NCBI GenBank assembly: GCA_947627475.1
Contig: CANQWE010000003.1
Location: 1,005 to 65,004 of the forward strand
Direction of reading: 5' to 3'
Length of the DNA: 64,000 nucleotides
Source of the DNA: an uncultured Clostridia bacterium
Lineage (GTDB): Bacteria > Bacillota > Clostridia > Oscillospirales > CAG-272
The translations under genes and the position numbers were made by a program. Below are positions 63,751-64,000 of this stretch, in pieces. The notes beneath the pieces are model-generated. The model had not been told where the DNA came from and searched no databases. It saw nothing but the letters and a program-made list of their open reading frames with translations. The first letter of the stretch is position 1, and every line of letters starts with the position of its first letter.

Positions 63751-64000
63751 TGAGATGATCCCAAGGTAGAAGGGAAACGTGCGTCTCTCCGCCCACCCGG
63801 GGAAACCGGGACCCTTGCAATTCGCCCCCGAAACCCCAGTGAGGGACTACAAAATTTGTGCTGACTTTGTAGTAAAGGAGATAGCCGAAGCAAGATATCG
63901 CAGGGTCTGCAAAGGCACTGTAGTTCCAGCCTGAAGCAGACAAGGTCTCTACCAAACGGACGCGATAGCGAAGCTGGGGACCCAGCCCCGCCCCACCGGA
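63746..64000 (-). CDS. Hypothetical protein, 5' end outside window
   Basis: The minus-strand frame stays open from the window edge to the stop at 63746 (..LRYRVRLVETLSASGWNYSAFADP..). No family was recognised. Confidence 0.4.
   Translation of the reverse strand, partial: SGGAGLGPQLRYRVRLVETLSASGWNYSAFADPAISCFGYLLYYKVSTNFVVPHWGFGGELQGSRFPRVGGETHVSLLPWDHLK

Overview
This window looks like a chromosomal segment of an anaerobic Firmicute (Clostridia-like, inferred from gene content and strong GGAGG-type RBSs). It alternates housekeeping operons with accessory loci.

Ordinary content:
- A TPP-riboswitch-controlled thiamine operon: thiS-thiF-thiG-thiH, a tenI-like gene, thiE, then thiD, an ECF S-component and tenA (6.9-13.6 kb).
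- An iron module (35.3-41.0 kb): a DtxR-family repressor, feoA-feoA-feoB, a small Cys-rich ORF missing from the ORF track, DUF2325, DUF3793, flavodoxin and an HMA protein, with four copies of a GGTTAGC-N3-GCTAACC palindrome.
- A PII-like protein, a CPA2 antiporter and queH (61.6-63.7 kb).

Accessory content:
1. Two loci encode SipW-type-signal-peptide TasA/camelysin-like proteins (1-6.0 kb and 47.4-59.9 kb). The second holds a SipW signal peptidase, a PQTG-anchored protein and a tandem array of paralogs. In five of them the TasA-like N-terminal domain is fused to divergent right-handed beta-helix C-terminal domains.
2. An uncharacterised carrier-protein-based biosynthetic cluster with two ABC exporters lies at 13.6-28 kb.
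3. Two ECF sigma/anti-sigma pairs flank a secreted cysteine peptidase (28-34 kb). One sigma gene is frameshifted.

Most notable finding: directly upstream of the second fibre locus, a tyrosine recombinase gene is bracketed by perfect 26-bp inverted repeats, with an outward-facing consensus promoter just inside each repeat. This looks like an invertible switch. On its other side sit an intrinsic terminator and a GEMM-I c-di-GMP riboswitch that controls a PAS-GGDEF-EAL gene.

Within the paralog array, four genes are preceded by a conserved leader of about 200-300 nt. Each leader has hairpins supported by compensatory changes and a G9-G10 homopolymer tract inside a short RBS-preceded ORF. Genes in the array are also followed by a conserved double hairpin.

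No rRNA, tRNA or CRISPR array was seen. All functional calls come from motif recognition by eye, and no database search was run.
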